A stretch of DNA of 64,000 nucleotides, from assembly GCF_963921235.1 (NCBI RefSeq), contig NC_086097.1, positions 141,424,001 to 141,488,000 of the forward strand. Direction: 5' to 3'. A model generated the notes under the pieces. The model was given only the letters and a program-made list of their open reading frames with translations, had not been told where the DNA came from and made no database searches. The stretch comes from Mobula hypostoma (Eukaryota). The translations under genes were made by a program, and so were the position numbers. Below, in pieces: positions 63,751 through 64,000 of this stretch; within the stretch, counting starts at the first letter, position 1, and every line of letters starts with the position of its first letter.

Positions 63751-64000
63751 GAACAAAATATTGTGGATGAGAGCAGGTGATGAGTTGAAAAGTGGCACGT
63801 GACTCCTATTAGCAGGGCAGAGACTAGGAGGTGCCAATTTGTGCAGGTCTGACAGATGGAGGCGGACACTGTGACAACAATTAACAAAAACAAATTAATT
63901 TAACTTTTATTCAGTGAGCATCTGAAAACACCATGGTGCAGAAAGCTCTAACCAAACGTAGATAGATGCCCAAGTGAGCAGCATTTGGGTTGGGGGGAGG

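Noticed and set aside
62857..63837. 326-aa RNase H ORF as a host or domesticated gene
   Set aside because: The RNase H part is bounded by a TSD and a LINE tail; the ORF's N-terminus is read-in from flanking DNA.

Overview
Repeat-rich vertebrate genomic DNA. The SINE/LINE repertoire (HE1-like V-SINEs, CR1, Rex1/Babar, Penelope) suggests a cartilaginous fish; this is an inference. There is one complete protein-coding gene: EPDR1 (ependymin-related 1, a lysosomal lipid-binding protein) on the minus strand. It has three coding exons (61643-61372, 55821-55613, 45598-45408; 223 aa), canonical splice sites and a GC-rich promoter with two CLEAR-type E-boxes. A second GC-rich promoter with a minus-strand splice donor at about 3.5 kb probably marks the first exon of the next gene, possibly STARD3NL by synteny. 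The rest is transposon debris: Tc1, hAT MITEs, CR1, Rex1/Babar, RTE, Nimb/I-type, Penelope-like elements, SINEs, a rearranged Gypsy element and a probable solo LTR. The most unusual structures are TSD-flanked fold-back Penelope insertions carrying degenerate minimal hammerhead-ribozyme motifs, a Gypsy element with an internal inversion/duplication and no RT, and a cluster of local inverted duplications at 11.4-19.7 kb. I see no convincing wholly new biological system. Coordinates of decayed repeats are approximate.
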